From positions 32,001-96,000 of the IMG/VR virus record IMGVR_UViG_3300028392_001993: DNA of 64,000 nt, one strand, 5' to 3'. Of this stretch, positions 32,327 to 41,673 are shown one piece after another (the first letter of the stretch is position 1; every line of letters starts with the position of its first letter). The position numbers and the translations under genes are program-made. The notes under the pieces are model-generated. The model searched no databases. It had not been told where the DNA came from and saw only the letters and a program-made list of their open reading frames with translations. The stretch is from a virus.

Positions 32327-32635
32327 GTGTATATGAGCAACGATCTAGCCAAATTTATAAACTCAAAACGGCGCCACAAAACAGATGTGGCGATTTCAAG
32401 ACAAGTAAAGATTGCCCAATCACACAATACATTTAATCAGACCAATATCAAACAACCACATAGACTGGCCAAACGCCATGCTATGGATTGTGGGAATCCC
32501 GGTTGTTTCTTGTGCGGTAACCCACGCAAGACACACAAGGATAGATTGACTCAGCAAGAAAAACGACTGTTTCAAGACGTAGGAAAAACTTCAGATCGAC
32601 ACTCAAACGGATTACCAAAGGACCAAGATGAATAA
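32327..32635 (+). CDS. Basic hypothetical protein with HAMDCGNPGCFLCGNPR motif
   Basis: Cys/His cluster, ATGA overlap downstream. Confidence 0.7.
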   Translation: MYMSNDLAKFINSKRRHKTDVAISRQVKIAQSHNTFNQTNIKQPHRLAKRHAMDCGNPGCFLCGNPRKTHKDRLTQQEKRLFQDVGKTSDRHSNGLPKDQDE

Positions 32636-32918
32636 CGTACAAAACATTCAAGACGCAATCAGATATGAATCAACACTGGGGCTCAGCAATGAAGCCGCAG
32701 TTGAGGCAGTAGAAAACCGTTACGACCTAGTGCTGATTGGTGCTCGTCGTGCTAGAGAACTAGGCCGCGGCGACAAGCCAAAGATTGATGGTCCTAAACA
32801 CAGTGCAGTAGTCACGGCTCTCAAAGAAATTGAACACCGACTAATTGGCCGTGATTATTTGTACAAGCAGTTGGATATTGAACCACGTCGACGTTACAAG
32901 GAATATGGCGGATTCTGA
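32628..32918 (+). CDS. rpoZ: RNA polymerase omega subunit homologue
   Basis: AVEAVENRYDLVLIGARRAREL...VVTALKEIE matches the omega NR(F/Y)DLVL.AARRAR.L...ALREIE signature. Confidence 0.8.
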   Translation: MNNVQNIQDAIRYESTLGLSNEAAVEAVENRYDLVLIGARRARELGRGDKPKIDGPKHSAVVTALKEIEHRLIGRDYLYKQLDIEPRRRYKEYGGF

Positions 32919-33390
32919 TCAGCCAAATAGTGCCAAAGGGCGCGATAGTTTTGACGTTGAAACTGGCAACACTCTAGTACATTTTTTCAACAGAAATGTA
33001 ACGCCCTACGCCACCAGCACACTAGGTCCTAAATTTGATCTGATACCTGTTGAAAAACAGAAAGATCTCATGATCAATCATGCCAGGATGTATGCCCAGC
33101 AAGAATATGATCGCATAGTTGAACTGGTCACCGTACTACAAAAACAAGCAGATGACATCCGGCGCAGACTGGAAGTGACTGATGCTGTGTATGCCGCTGA
33201 ATACAATTTTCAAATTGTCATGGGCCATTGCTATTGGTTGGTATGGAACAAACGGCAAGAAAAAAATCTGTTGGTTCACACTGGTCCCAATGACTGGAAC
33301 ACTGGAATGCCAGAAGACTACCAATACATAATGCAAGTAAAATACATGGGAGATCACACCTGGCAGGAAGTAATACTTTCTAGTGATTGA
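32905..33390 (+). CDS. DUF2452-like protein
   Basis: PY....GP.F...A.QEYDRI.E....L.KQA...A.YNF....G..Y.L pattern; start adjusted. Confidence 0.6.
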   Translation: MADSDQPNSAKGRDSFDVETGNTLVHFFNRNVTPYATSTLGPKFDLIPVEKQKDLMINHARMYAQQEYDRIVELVTVLQKQADDIRRRLEVTDAVYAAEYNFQIVMGHCYWLVWNKRQEKNLLVHTGPNDWNTGMPEDYQYIMQVKYMGDHTWQEVILSSD

Positions 33391-33415
33391 CCAAATATTT
33401 GTCACATGTTATACT
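33368..33415 (+). promoter_or_regulatory. Palindrome AAGTA-A-TACTT plus sigma70-type promoter
   Basis: Palindrome 33368-33378; TTGACC (33387)-N17-TATACT. Confidence 0.65.
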
Positions 33416-33441
33416 TAATAAGGTAAAGAAAGGAGGCGAAT

Positions 33442-34047
33442 ATGCCAGCAGTATTTTTAGTTAGTGATACACACTTTGGACATGCCGGTGTCTGTCGCTT
33501 CACGCACCCAGATGATCCTGAGGTGAAATTGCGTCCCTGGACTGATCCTGATGAGATGGACGAGGAGATGGTACGGCGGTGGAACGATCGTGTTCGTCCC
33601 AACGACAAGGTGTACCACTTGGGTGACGTTGTTATTAACCGCAAAGCATTGAAGACATTGGCACGTTTGAATGGTGACAAAGTGTTGATCCGTGGCAACC
33701 ACGACATCTTCCGTGATGACGAATACCGCGAATACTTCCGCGAGTTACGTGCATACCATGTGATGAACGGCATGATCTTGAGTCACATTCCTGTGCATGA
33801 GGCTTCGTTGGGTCGCTTTGGTGTTAACATTCACGGACATCTGCATGCCACCAGAGTAAAGAAAGCCCGCGGTGTAGATGCCAAGACCGGTGCTACATTG
33901 TACAGCACTGAGATTGATCCGCGGTACTGGTGTGCTTGTGTTGAGCAAACCGACTTTGCACCTATCTTGTTTGAAGATGCTATCAAACGCATTGAAGCAG
34001 AAGGCGGTCATATCGGCTTCAAGAGCGGCAATGGTCCTACTATGTAA
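33442..34047 (+). CDS. Calcineurin-like metallophosphoesterase
   Basis: SDTHFGH, YHLGDV, RGNHD, LSH, IHGHLH motifs. Confidence 0.9.
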   Translation: MPAVFLVSDTHFGHAGVCRFTHPDDPEVKLRPWTDPDEMDEEMVRRWNDRVRPNDKVYHLGDVVINRKALKTLARLNGDKVLIRGNHDIFRDDEYREYFRELRAYHVMNGMILSHIPVHEASLGRFGVNIHGHLHATRVKKARGVDAKTGATLYSTEIDPRYWCACVEQTDFAPILFEDAIKRIEAEGGHIGFKSGNGPTM

Positions 34048-34084
34048 ACAATAGCCCTGCGGGGCTATTGCAATATATAATGTT

Positions 34085-34867
34085 ATGAATATACCTTATA
34101 CCATAGAAGTTCATGATAACTTGATCTCGCCTGAACTCCACGCAAAAACGTATCTGCATGTAAAAACACGACTTGATTTTACGGGTGTGTGGAAGCCAGA
34201 AAAAGAAGTTGTATTTGATTACAGATTGAGTAGTCCAAAAACTCCAAATGATTGGATGATTTATCAATCGATGGGCAGAGCACATCAAATGCATAGGTCA
34301 GCTCTTGCAAGCGACGAGGCAAGTTTACAGGCTCGTCATCCGGCAATTTTTACATTGTGGCAAGAAATAAATCGTAATTTAAACAATCAATTTGAATTGA
34401 CTGGTCACCCCGAAGGCATGACCACCAACATAGAAGTTCCGGCTACCGCAGATACTAACCTAATACCAGGTTGGCGTGCCTATGTGAATCTCGTTTACAA
34501 TTCCCATGCAGGACACGGAGGCAACGGATACGCACATAGAGATACTCCTTTGGAACTCAATGATGATACTTCAGTAACTATGTTGTACGTGGTCAACACT
34601 GAATGGTATCCAAGCTGGGGAGCCGAATTAAAATACTATCCTGAAGACCTTAATGGACTGTCTAAAGATCATCAACAGTTCAATCGCAACGGAGCACAAA
34701 GTCGCAATTACAACATTGGTTGGCTAGACCAGGGACAGGTGGTAAGTCCAGTACCGGGTAGACTAATCATATACGACGGAAGGTGTTTGCACGGAACTAG
34801 TCAGGCTGCCGGGCCTCTTGACACTCCCAGCATTAAAATTGCGTTTAGAGCAAGACGCAAAAAGTAA
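34085..34867 (+). CDS. 2OG-Fe(II) oxygenase
   Basis: AHRD, W..SWGAEL, PGRLIIYDG..LHG, KIAFR. Confidence 0.75.
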   Translation: MNIPYTIEVHDNLISPELHAKTYLHVKTRLDFTGVWKPEKEVVFDYRLSSPKTPNDWMIYQSMGRAHQMHRSALASDEASLQARHPAIFTLWQEINRNLNNQFELTGHPEGMTTNIEVPATADTNLIPGWRAYVNLVYNSHAGHGGNGYAHRDTPLELNDDTSVTMLYVVNTEWYPSWGAELKYYPEDLNGLSKDHQQFNRNGAQSRNYNIGWLDQGQVVSPVPGRLIIYDGRCLHGTSQAAGPLDTPSIKIAFRARRKK

Positions 34868-34881
34868 TACTTTAGTACTAC

Positions 34882-34911
34882 AAAAGCCCTACTGTGTGTA
34901 GGGTTTTTTTT
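34882..34911 (+). terminator. Intrinsic terminator
   Basis: AGCCCTAC-TGTGT-GTAGGGTT followed by a T-run. Confidence 0.8.
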
Positions 34912-34914
34912 GAC

Positions 34915-34943
34915 TTGACCAAATATTCAAAATAGATTATAAT
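34915..34943 (+). promoter_or_regulatory. Sigma70-type early promoter
   Basis: TTGACC-N17-TATAAT; ATG 6 nt later. Confidence 0.8.
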
Positions 34944-34949
34944 ATACAC

Positions 34950-35183
34950 ATGAAGTTAGAAATCAATGAAATACTACAGTGGTCCGGAGCAGTGTTTATC
35001 ATTGCCGGTCACAGTCTCAACGCCGTAGGACCTGCGGCATACCCTTACAACATTCTTGCATTTTTCCTGGGCACAATCTTGTTCATGGGTTGGAGCATCC
35101 GTGTTGCAAATCGACCACAGTTGATGGTGAACATTGTAGCACTAGGCATTGGAATCACAGGGCTGGCGAAAGCATTCGGTTGA
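34950..35183 (+). CDS. Small multi-TM membrane protein
   Basis: Three hydrophobic segments. Confidence 0.7.
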   Translation: MKLEINEILQWSGAVFIIAGHSLNAVGPAAYPYNILAFFLGTILFMGWSIRVANRPQLMVNIVALGIGITGLAKAFG

Positions 35184-35208
35184 CCCGAAATAGCCGATTT
35201 GCTATAAT
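35180..35208 (+). promoter_or_regulatory. Sigma70-type early promoter
   Basis: TTGACC-N17-TATAAT with TG extension. Confidence 0.8.
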
Positions 35209-35239
35209 ATAGGCATAGTAAGACAAAAAGGAATCCAAA

Positions 35240-35395
35240 ATGAAAGATGAGATACTTACAAAGTTGGCAGAAGTTGAAGCCATGCTTTTAGAGGCTACAC
35301 AAGATGGCCGCCAACTGGCCGAACTGGATTGTTTTAAAGACGTAGAGGATGCTATGAGCACCCTAATACAAACAGTTGACTATTACGTCGATTGA
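35240..35395 (+). CDS. 51-aa acidic micro-protein, absent from the ORF track
   Basis: AAGGA RBS after promoter. Confidence 0.65.
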   Translation: MKDEILTKLAEVEAMLLEATQDGRQLAELDCFKDVEDAMSTLIQTVDYYVD

Positions 35396-35420
35396 CCAGA
35401 AATTTCCAATTTGTTATAAT
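35392..35420 (+). promoter_or_regulatory. Sigma70-type early promoter
   Basis: TTGACC-N17-TATAAT with TG extension. Confidence 0.8.
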
Positions 35421-35450
35421 ACTTGTATAGAAACTAAAAAGGAGTCCACA

Positions 35451-35711
35451 ATGACAGAACAAGAAACACGTGAAGTTCGTATGTACGGTACCACCGAAGC
35501 CGCCTTGCGCGAGAACATTGAAAGTTCAATCACTTTCCAGTTATCCGGTCCTGCAATGATTGTAGCCGGTATGTTGAGCGATGTACAAGAAATGATGGCA
35601 TACGGTCCTTATGACAGCGACACACTTGCTGTGATTCAAGAAGACCAACGCCAACAACTCAACCGCGCCAAGTGGGTTTTATTTGAATATATGGACAAGG
35701 AAAGAGTATGA
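35451..35711 (+). CDS. Small early hypothetical protein
   Basis: AAGGAG RBS; start adjusted. Confidence 0.7.
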   Translation: MTEQETREVRMYGTTEAALRENIESSITFQLSGPAMIVAGMLSDVQEMMAYGPYDSDTLAVIQEDQRQQLNRAKWVLFEYMDKERV

Positions 35712-35893
35712 GCCGAATGAGCGAAATACACGCCGAGTTGTCGACCATGACAACTCAAGAACTGGAAAAAGAGTTTCAGGCTCTCAAGGCCAGTCCTAGC
35801 AAGAGTTTCTATGACGAGGCTCGTCAGGAAATGATGGCTATAATGTTGGACCATCGCGAAAAAGAAGAACATAGCACTTATCAAGGTGCTTGA
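35708..35893 (+). CDS. Small early hypothetical protein
   Basis: ATGA overlap. Confidence 0.6.
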   Translation: MSRMSEIHAELSTMTTQELEKEFQALKASPSKSFYDEARQEMMAIMLDHREKEEHSTYQGA

Positions 35894-35918
35894 CCACAAA
35901 ATCAACATCTGCTATAAT
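35890..35918 (+). promoter_or_regulatory. Sigma70-type early promoter
   Basis: TTGACC-N17-TATAAT with TG extension. Confidence 0.8.
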
Positions 35919-35948
35919 ATAGACTTATTAACTTGAAAGGCACAGCCC

Positions 35949-37031
35949 ATGTCAGAATCCCGCACCGTTACCTCGCTTCAAGCAAAAAAATCTTTGCTCA
36001 AAGCATTCCAAGTCAAACGTCCCTTGTTCTTGTGGGGTCCTCCCGGCATTGGCAAGAGTGAGTTGGTCGAAGGCATTGCCAACGAGCTTGGCGGCTTGAT
36101 GATTGACTTGCGCCTAGGTCAAATGGAGCCCACAGACATCCGTGGTATCCCGTTTTACAACAAGGACATTGGCAAGATGGATTGGGCTCCGCCTGTGGAA
36201 CTGCCCGATGAAGAAATGGCCAAGGACTATCCTATTGTGGTGTTGTTCTTGGACGAACTTAATAGTGCCGCACCCTCTGTCCAGAGTGCCGCTTATCAGT
36301 TGATTTTGAATCGACGCATTGGCAAGTACAAGTTACCCGACAATGTTGTGATGGTTGCCGCAGGTAACCGTGAAAGCGACAAAGGCGTTACATATCGTAT
36401 GCCAACTCCGCTGGCAAACCGTTTCATCCACCAAGAGATGAAAGTGGACTTCCCAAGCTGGCTTGAGTGGGCAGTGAACAACCGGGTCCACAAAGACGTG
36501 GTGGGTTACTTGAGCTTTGCCAAGCAGGACTTGTACGACTTTGATGCCAAGTCAGCAAGCCGTGCCTTTGCCACACCACGCTCTTGGACCTTTGTGAGCC
36601 AGTTGTTGGACGAGAGCAGTGACGACGACACCACAATGAACTTGATTGCAGGTACTGTGGGTGAAGGTCTTGCTGTGAAGTTTATGGCACATAAAAAGGT
36701 TGCAGGCAAGATGCCCAACCCAGCAGACATCTTGAGTGGCAAGGTCAAGACACTGGAAGTCAAAGAAGTGAGTGCTATGTACTCCTTGGTGATCTCCATG
36801 TGTTATGAACTCAAGGGTGCTATCGAGAACAAAGTAGAAGACAAAAAGTTCCACGAGATGGCTGATAACTTCCTTGGCTACATGATGAAGAACTTTGAGA
36901 CCGAGTTGACTGTGATGGGTGCTCGTATTGCGTTGACCACATACGACTTGCCCTTCCTCCCAACCAAGCTCAAGAACTTTGACGAGTTTCACCAGCGTTA
37001 CGGCAAATACATCTTGCAGGCATCCGCCTAA
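35949..37031 (+). CDS. AAA+ ATPase (MoxR/dynein-related AAA_5-like)
   Basis: WGPPGIGKS Walker A, LFLDELN Walker B, AAGNR, PLANRF, TPRSW. Confidence 0.9.
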   Translation: MSESRTVTSLQAKKSLLKAFQVKRPLFLWGPPGIGKSELVEGIANELGGLMIDLRLGQMEPTDIRGIPFYNKDIGKMDWAPPVELPDEEMAKDYPIVVLFLDELNSAAPSVQSAAYQLILNRRIGKYKLPDNVVMVAAGNRESDKGVTYRMPTPLANRFIHQEMKVDFPSWLEWAVNNRVHKDVVGYLSFAKQDLYDFDAKSASRAFATPRSWTFVSQLLDESSDDDTTMNLIAGTVGEGLAVKFMAHKKVAGKMPNPADILSGKVKTLEVKEVSAMYSLVISMCYELKGAIENKVEDKKFHEMADNFLGYMMKNFETELTVMGARIALTTYDLPFLPTKLKNFDEFHQRYGKYILQASA

Positions 37032-37036
37032 GTTTT

Positions 37037-37086
37037 AGGAGGGTGGTGGTTAAATACACAGGGCTGTGTCGCACTGCCCTCCTTTC
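37037..37086 (+). terminator. Branched hairpin after the AAA gene (terminator or small structured element)
   Basis: AGGAGGGTGGTG/CACTGCCCTCCT 12-bp stem with inner ACACAG/CTGTGT hairpin. Confidence 0.5.
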
Positions 37087-37422
37087 TATATGAAATACAA
37101 AATTGTAAAATTAGATGCAAGACATAGTTATTACACTACCTACCAGTACATGATTGAGTTCTCAAAAGGACATTGGATTGGTACTGGTGTGTTGGGTTTT
37201 GATCGTGCTCGGCGTTGGTTCACAACAAATTATGGATGGGGTCAAGATGTCGAAGTCAGAAGCGAACTGCTACAATCCCGACAACACCATGCAGAAGAAT
37301 TTGAGCCAGATGACATCAACTCCACCTGGGGCTTCAGTGCCAAATACAAGGACTACCGGATCTATATTGCAACAGACAAAGAACTCAGTTGGTTTTTGCT
37401 ATGTCATCCCATATCACCATAA
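37066..37422 (+). CDS. Hypothetical protein
   Basis: 118-aa ORF; true start likely MKYKIV (37090). Confidence 0.6.
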   Translation: MSHCPPFYMKYKIVKLDARHSYYTTYQYMIEFSKGHWIGTGVLGFDRARRWFTTNYGWGQDVEVRSELLQSRQHHAEEFEPDDINSTWGFSAKYKDYRIYIATDKELSWFLLCHPISP

Positions 37423-37685
37423 AAAAGAATCTAATCATCTTTCACAGACCTGTGGATTGGATGCCTATTCGCAAACGACTGATAGAGGAATATGGACAAA
37501 GTATCAACATCAGTTATGCCAGGCGTGAAAGACTGGGTTTCAGTTGGAGATCCCATACCACCTGGATCTCCAGTGGCAAGCAGGAAGGCGAGTATGAACT
37601 TAAATACCCTGAGGTGCAAATACACTTGGATTTCTTTTCAGAATCGGCCATGACATGGTTCCAACTCCGGTACTTGAATTTGTAG
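37389..37685 (+). CDS. Hypothetical protein
   Basis: 98-aa ORF ending LDF....MTWF.LRY, like its upstream neighbour. Confidence 0.6.
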   Translation: MVFAMSSHITIKKNLIIFHRPVDWMPIRKRLIEEYGQSINISYARRERLGFSWRSHTTWISSGKQEGEYELKYPEVQIHLDFFSESAMTWFQLRYLNL

Positions 37686-37728
37686 TACTTGAGTACTACT
37701 TGACCAATAATTCGTGATCTGCTATAAT
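37682..37728 (+). promoter_or_regulatory. Palindrome (GTAGTACT-TG-AGTACTAC; core AGTA-C-TACT) abutting a sigma70-type promoter
   Basis: TTGACC (37700)-N17-TATAAT. Confidence 0.75.
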
Positions 37729-37758
37729 ATAGCATACAAGCAACAAAAGGACCAGCCC

Positions 37759-39030
37759 GTGACTACTGCTACTACCACTAACAAAAAAGAGTCTGATAAG
37801 TTTAAAAATCTTATTGGACCCATGGACACCAAACTTGACAAAGTTGTGCGTGAAATGTTGATCACTGCCCGTGTGGGTTTGTTACTCAAGGCCAGTTTCT
37901 TTGGTAACCTTGCTACTCGTTTGAAACTGGTAAATGCTGATGAGTGGTGTGCTACTGCCGCAACAGATGGCAGAAACTTCTACTACAATACCCGCTTTAT
38001 TAAAATGCTCAAGCCCAAAGAGATTGAATTCTTGTTTGGTCACGAGGTATTGCATTGTGTGTATGACCACTTTGGACGCAGAGGCGCCCGCGATCCACAG
38101 TTATGGAACATTGCCAACGACTTTGCAGTAAACGGCGACTTGGTAAAACACAAAGTAGGTGACATGATCACGTCAGTACCTTGCTTGTTCGATCGCAAGT
38201 ATGACGGCTTGAGTTCTGAAGAGATCTACGATCAGTTGTACGAAAAAGCAGAAAAGATCAATATCAGTGACTTGTTAGATAAAATGATTGACGAGCACAT
38301 GGATGGTGAGGGTGACAATGATGGCGACGGGGACGAGAAGGAAGGCAAAGGCCGTCCCAAACTCACTCCTGAAGAACGCCAGCAAATTAAAGACGAGATC
38401 AAAGAGGCCATGTTAGCGGCAGCCGCTACAGTGGATGGTGCGGGTAATATCCCAGCAGGTGTCAAGCGTCTTATACAAGACATGACCGAGCCCAAGATGA
38501 ACTGGCGCGAATTGTTGCGTATGCAATTAGAAAGCACTATCAAATCTGATTATACTTGGATGCGAGCCAGTCGCAAGGGCTGGCATATGGATGCGGTAAT
38601 GCCCGGTATGAAACTGGATCCCATGATTGATATTGCTATTGCACTAGATGCTTCGGGCAGTATTAGCGAAAAGATGTTGAAAGACTTCTTGGGCGAGATT
38701 CAAGGTATTATGGATTCGTTCCCTGCATATCGTATTCACGTTATCACTTTTGATACTGATGCGTACAATCCTGCACAATATGACTCGGATAATTTGGAAG
38801 ACATTTGTGACTACGAAGTAACAGGTGGTGGTGGTACTGACTTTGATTGCATCTTCAAGTATTTGAAAGACAACGAGATCGAGCCCAAGCGTCTTGTGGT
38901 GTTTACAGACGGCTACCCATTTGGTTCGTGGGGCGATGAGAATTATGCAGATACTGTTTGGATCTTGCATGGTACCACAACTATTGAGCCACCCTGGGGC
39001 CAATATGCCTACTACGACGAGGCCGAGTAA
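37759..39030 (+). CDS. DUF2201-like metallopeptidase + vWA domain protein (partner of the AAA ATPase)
   Basis: TAATDG, HEVLH (HExxH), WN.A.D..VN, DASGS MIDAS, GGGTDF, FTDG; GTG start inferred. Confidence 0.85.
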   Translation: MTTATTTNKKESDKFKNLIGPMDTKLDKVVREMLITARVGLLLKASFFGNLATRLKLVNADEWCATAATDGRNFYYNTRFIKMLKPKEIEFLFGHEVLHCVYDHFGRRGARDPQLWNIANDFAVNGDLVKHKVGDMITSVPCLFDRKYDGLSSEEIYDQLYEKAEKINISDLLDKMIDEHMDGEGDNDGDGDEKEGKGRPKLTPEERQQIKDEIKEAMLAAAATVDGAGNIPAGVKRLIQDMTEPKMNWRELLRMQLESTIKSDYTWMRASRKGWHMDAVMPGMKLDPMIDIAIALDASGSISEKMLKDFLGEIQGIMDSFPAYRIHVITFDTDAYNPAQYDSDNLEDICDYEVTGGGGTDFDCIFKYLKDNEIEPKRLVVFTDGYPFGSWGDENYADTVWILHGTTTIEPPWGQYAYYDEAE

Positions 39031-39260
39031 TGCAACAACAGATTGAAAAACTTGCACTTGAATCGGGTGCTTGGCATCAAGTGTATGGCAACAGGAACTT
39101 CATGATCGACGAACACTTTGATATTGCTAGGTTCTCCCGGTTGATTGTGCAGGAATGTGCGCTAGTTGCTGATACTGAGAGATCTAATTCAATTGGTTGC
39201 GGATACATTACTAAAACAAACGGTATGAGAATCAAAGAACATTTTGGAGTTGCATCGTGA
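39030..39260 (+). CDS. Small hypothetical protein
   Basis: FSRLIVQECA...IKEHFGV motif. Confidence 0.65.
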   Translation: MQQQIEKLALESGAWHQVYGNRNFMIDEHFDIARFSRLIVQECALVADTERSNSIGCGYITKTNGMRIKEHFGVAS

Positions 39261-39412
39261 ATGATTTTTTGCAAGCACTAGCACCTTTTGTCTGGGGCTT
39301 TGTACTAGGATACTTTTGGCATCCAATATGGATTATATGTAAGAGGATTTATGAAGAAGCGAAACTGGCCAAACACCAATGGAGGAACCCAAATGGAAAT
39401 CGAAATGATTGA
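39257..39412 (+). CDS. 51-aa membrane micro-protein, absent from the ORF track
   Basis: GTGA overlap, one TM segment. Confidence 0.5.
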   Translation: MNDFLQALAPFVWGFVLGYFWHPIWIICKRIYEEAKLAKHQWRNPNGNRND

Positions 39413-39602
39413 GAAAACAAAAGATCGATTTGATCTTGAGCAAGAGATTTTACAATGCTGGAACATCACTGACGACATCAAAAACTATGTTGCTGAGAGT
39501 GCCACATCTGAGGAGTTTTCAGCATTAGCACAGTACTACGAACGCAAGTTTGATCGCTTGTGGAATACATTTGAATCAATGATTCACGAAAGAAAAATGT
39601 GA
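39393..39602 (+). CDS. Small hypothetical protein
   Basis: GGAGG RBS; DRFDLEQEILQCW motif. Confidence 0.65.
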   Translation: MEIEMIEKTKDRFDLEQEILQCWNITDDIKNYVAESATSEEFSALAQYYERKFDRLWNTFESMIHERKM

Positions 39603-39781
39603 GCGAGGTTCAAAAACGCATGAAGGAACTCATGGCACCTGTTGAACAACAGATTATGATGTGTGACGATCGTGAAGATCAATTGATGATGGCCTGTGCT
39701 ATGTTGCAACGCACAAGGGAATTGTTTGACTATCACCTCGGTGAAGAAGGACGTAAAAAAATGTTTAAGGATTTAGTATAA
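39599..39781 (+). CDS. Small hypothetical protein
   Basis: GTGA overlap. Confidence 0.65.
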   Translation: MSEVQKRMKELMAPVEQQIMMCDDREDQLMMACAMLQRTRELFDYHLGEEGRKKMFKDLV

Positions 39782-39966
39782 TGTACGCATGGATGGTAAA
39801 ATATCAAGATGTTATTTCTGGCTTTGTGTCAGGTATTAGTTTAATGAGCGCCTGTGATTACTTTGCAAAAGGCGATATGACATACGGCGGGTTGAGTCTG
39901 TTTGTGTCAGTAGCAAACTTGTTGTTGATCAACAAGAAAATTGGACAGCATGGGCAACCAAACTGA
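39781..39966 (+). CDS. Small membrane protein
   Basis: Two hydrophobic segments. Confidence 0.55.
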   Translation: MYAWMVKYQDVISGFVSGISLMSACDYFAKGDMTYGGLSLFVSVANLLLINKKIGQHGQPN

Positions 39967-40189
39967 TTACTTTAACCGTGTGGGTTACCAGGCCACATGG
40001 AACATAGGCGATCGTGTGTTTGGTAAGTGGAACCGGATCCCGTTTGTGGGCACGGTTGGCAACGATCGTTTGCTTAACCACCGAGACGGTCCCGAGATCA
40101 CAGTACACCTAGATTTACCTATCCAGTTTGACAATCGGATATATAACTTTATCATTGTCAAACACAAGGACATTAAGGAGTACCGATGA
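39941..40189 (+). CDS. Small hypothetical protein (SH3-like)
   Basis: IGDRVFG.W..IPFVGTV motif. Confidence 0.6.
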   Translation: MDSMGNQTDYFNRVGYQATWNIGDRVFGKWNRIPFVGTVGNDRLLNHRDGPEITVHLDLPIQFDNRIYNFIIVKHKDIKEYR

Positions 40190-40401
40190 ACTCAGTAGAC
40201 ATGGCCACTAACTTAATCTTTAGGGCAAAAAACTTACAGGAATTTACGGTCACTACCGAACTTCCAAATGACTTCAGCTTCCGTGGAGTTATACCGTTCG
40301 ATATGCAAATTACAGGTAGCATACTGGAAGCCCGAGTTTGGGCAGTAGACTTTGATGAAGCAGTACATCGCCTAAACGAGTTTCTCCAAAATACCGACTA
40401 A
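40186..40401 (+). CDS. Small hypothetical protein
   Basis: AAGGAG RBS, ATGA overlap. Confidence 0.65.
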   Translation: MNSVDMATNLIFRAKNLQEFTVTTELPNDFSFRGVIPFDMQITGSILEARVWAVDFDEAVHRLNEFLQNTD

Positions 40402-40438
40402 AATTATTTCATTGGATATTTAGACATTAAATATCTAT

Positions 40439-40648
40439 ATGGAAAACGCACAACTTACTATTGCCGATTTGGCAAGCCTAAAACAAATCATTGATGCCGC
40501 TTGTACCCGCGGTGCATTCAAAGCCGCAGAGATGAAATCTGTTGGCGATATCTATGATAAACTTTCCGCATTCCTGGACGCTGTTGTAACTCAACAAAAA
40601 GCCCAAGAAGCAGAACAAGCACAACCTCAAGGAGATCAAAATGCTTAA
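40439..40648 (+). CDS. Small hypothetical late protein
   Basis: TAAATA 5 nt before ATG; LTIADL...IID.A..RGAF motif. Confidence 0.7.
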   Translation: MENAQLTIADLASLKQIIDAACTRGAFKAAEMKSVGDIYDKLSAFLDAVVTQQKAQEAEQAQPQGDQNA

Positions 40649-41384
40649 ACACGTAGGACGACACGGTGACCGCAAGGTTGCTATTCTTTTTAGAGAAGTA
40701 CCCGGTGAGGAGCACATGTGCCTTGTGGTATATCCAGAAACCATGCCCACACATATTCATAACAGTATCATGCAGACCTTAGAAAGTGCCGCAGGACAGG
40801 CCGCAACAAACTTGTCAGAAGTGTTGCACCGCAACTTGTTGCCCGATGGTCGCGCACAGTTGGAAGCATTGCACCGCGAAGGCATGATCAAGAAGATTGC
40901 CACCAATCAAGTTATTGTTACTCCCACACCACAAAGTAATGTGAAGTTAGATGAGATGAACAAGATCATCCGCGAGATGGAACAAGGTGGGGAAGCACTC
41001 AAGCGTCTACAAGAACTTGATGCCAGCGCCGGCATGGTCGATCCAGCACAAAAGCGCAAAGCTGAAGCAGAATTCAAGCGTGGTCAAGAACGTGCCGCAC
41101 AAGAAACACGCACACCTTATGTGCCACCACTACAGTCAACTGATGGTGCATTGGATGACAAAACTCTTGCGGCCAATATGCTTGCACAGGCCAAACGTAT
41201 GGAAATCGAAGCCAAGGGTATGATTGCAGAAGCCGCTAGAATGAAGAAAGAAGCACAGCACTTGAATCCTAGCGTTAACGCAAAAGAGTATGTTGCACCT
41301 GTTGCAGAATCTATCACCCCAACGGCACCTCGTAAAGGTCGTCCTCCTAAATCCAAGGTAGCGACTGCCGATGCCGTTCAGTGA
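40641..41384 (+). CDS. Hypothetical protein
   Basis: AAGGAG RBS, 247 aa, basic RKGRPPK tail. Confidence 0.8.
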   Translation: MLKHVGRHGDRKVAILFREVPGEEHMCLVVYPETMPTHIHNSIMQTLESAAGQAATNLSEVLHRNLLPDGRAQLEALHREGMIKKIATNQVIVTPTPQSNVKLDEMNKIIREMEQGGEALKRLQELDASAGMVDPAQKRKAEAEFKRGQERAAQETRTPYVPPLQSTDGALDDKTLAANMLAQAKRMEIEAKGMIAEAARMKKEAQHLNPSVNAKEYVAPVAESITPTAPRKGRPPKSKVATADAVQ

Positions 41385-41673
41385 TGAATTCATTCAGCAG
41401 TGGGAACATATAATCGAAGAAGTTAACAAAACTGAAGTCCCGCTGGAGTGTATTAAAAAAGTTGTAATCAGATTAGATGATCGTAAACAAAAGACGATCA
41501 ATCTGGCTACACTTAGAAAACAGGGTCTCGATCTAAACGAGTTAGAAGTTGTGTTGACCCGCACACTAACTGAACTTGGAGACACAGTGCGTGACGTTGA
41601 CTTTGTGGTCGATGTCCAGGCAGTTGCCAAACTTGTGCAACCCCAAACTGATAAACTTTTAAAAGATATATGA
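41371..41673 (+). CDS. Hypothetical protein
   Basis: 100-aa ORF overlapping neighbours. Confidence 0.7.
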   Translation: MPFSDEFIQQWEHIIEEVNKTEVPLECIKKVVIRLDDRKQKTINLATLRKQGLDLNELEVVLTRTLTELGDTVRDVDFVVDVQAVAKLVQPQTDKLLKDI

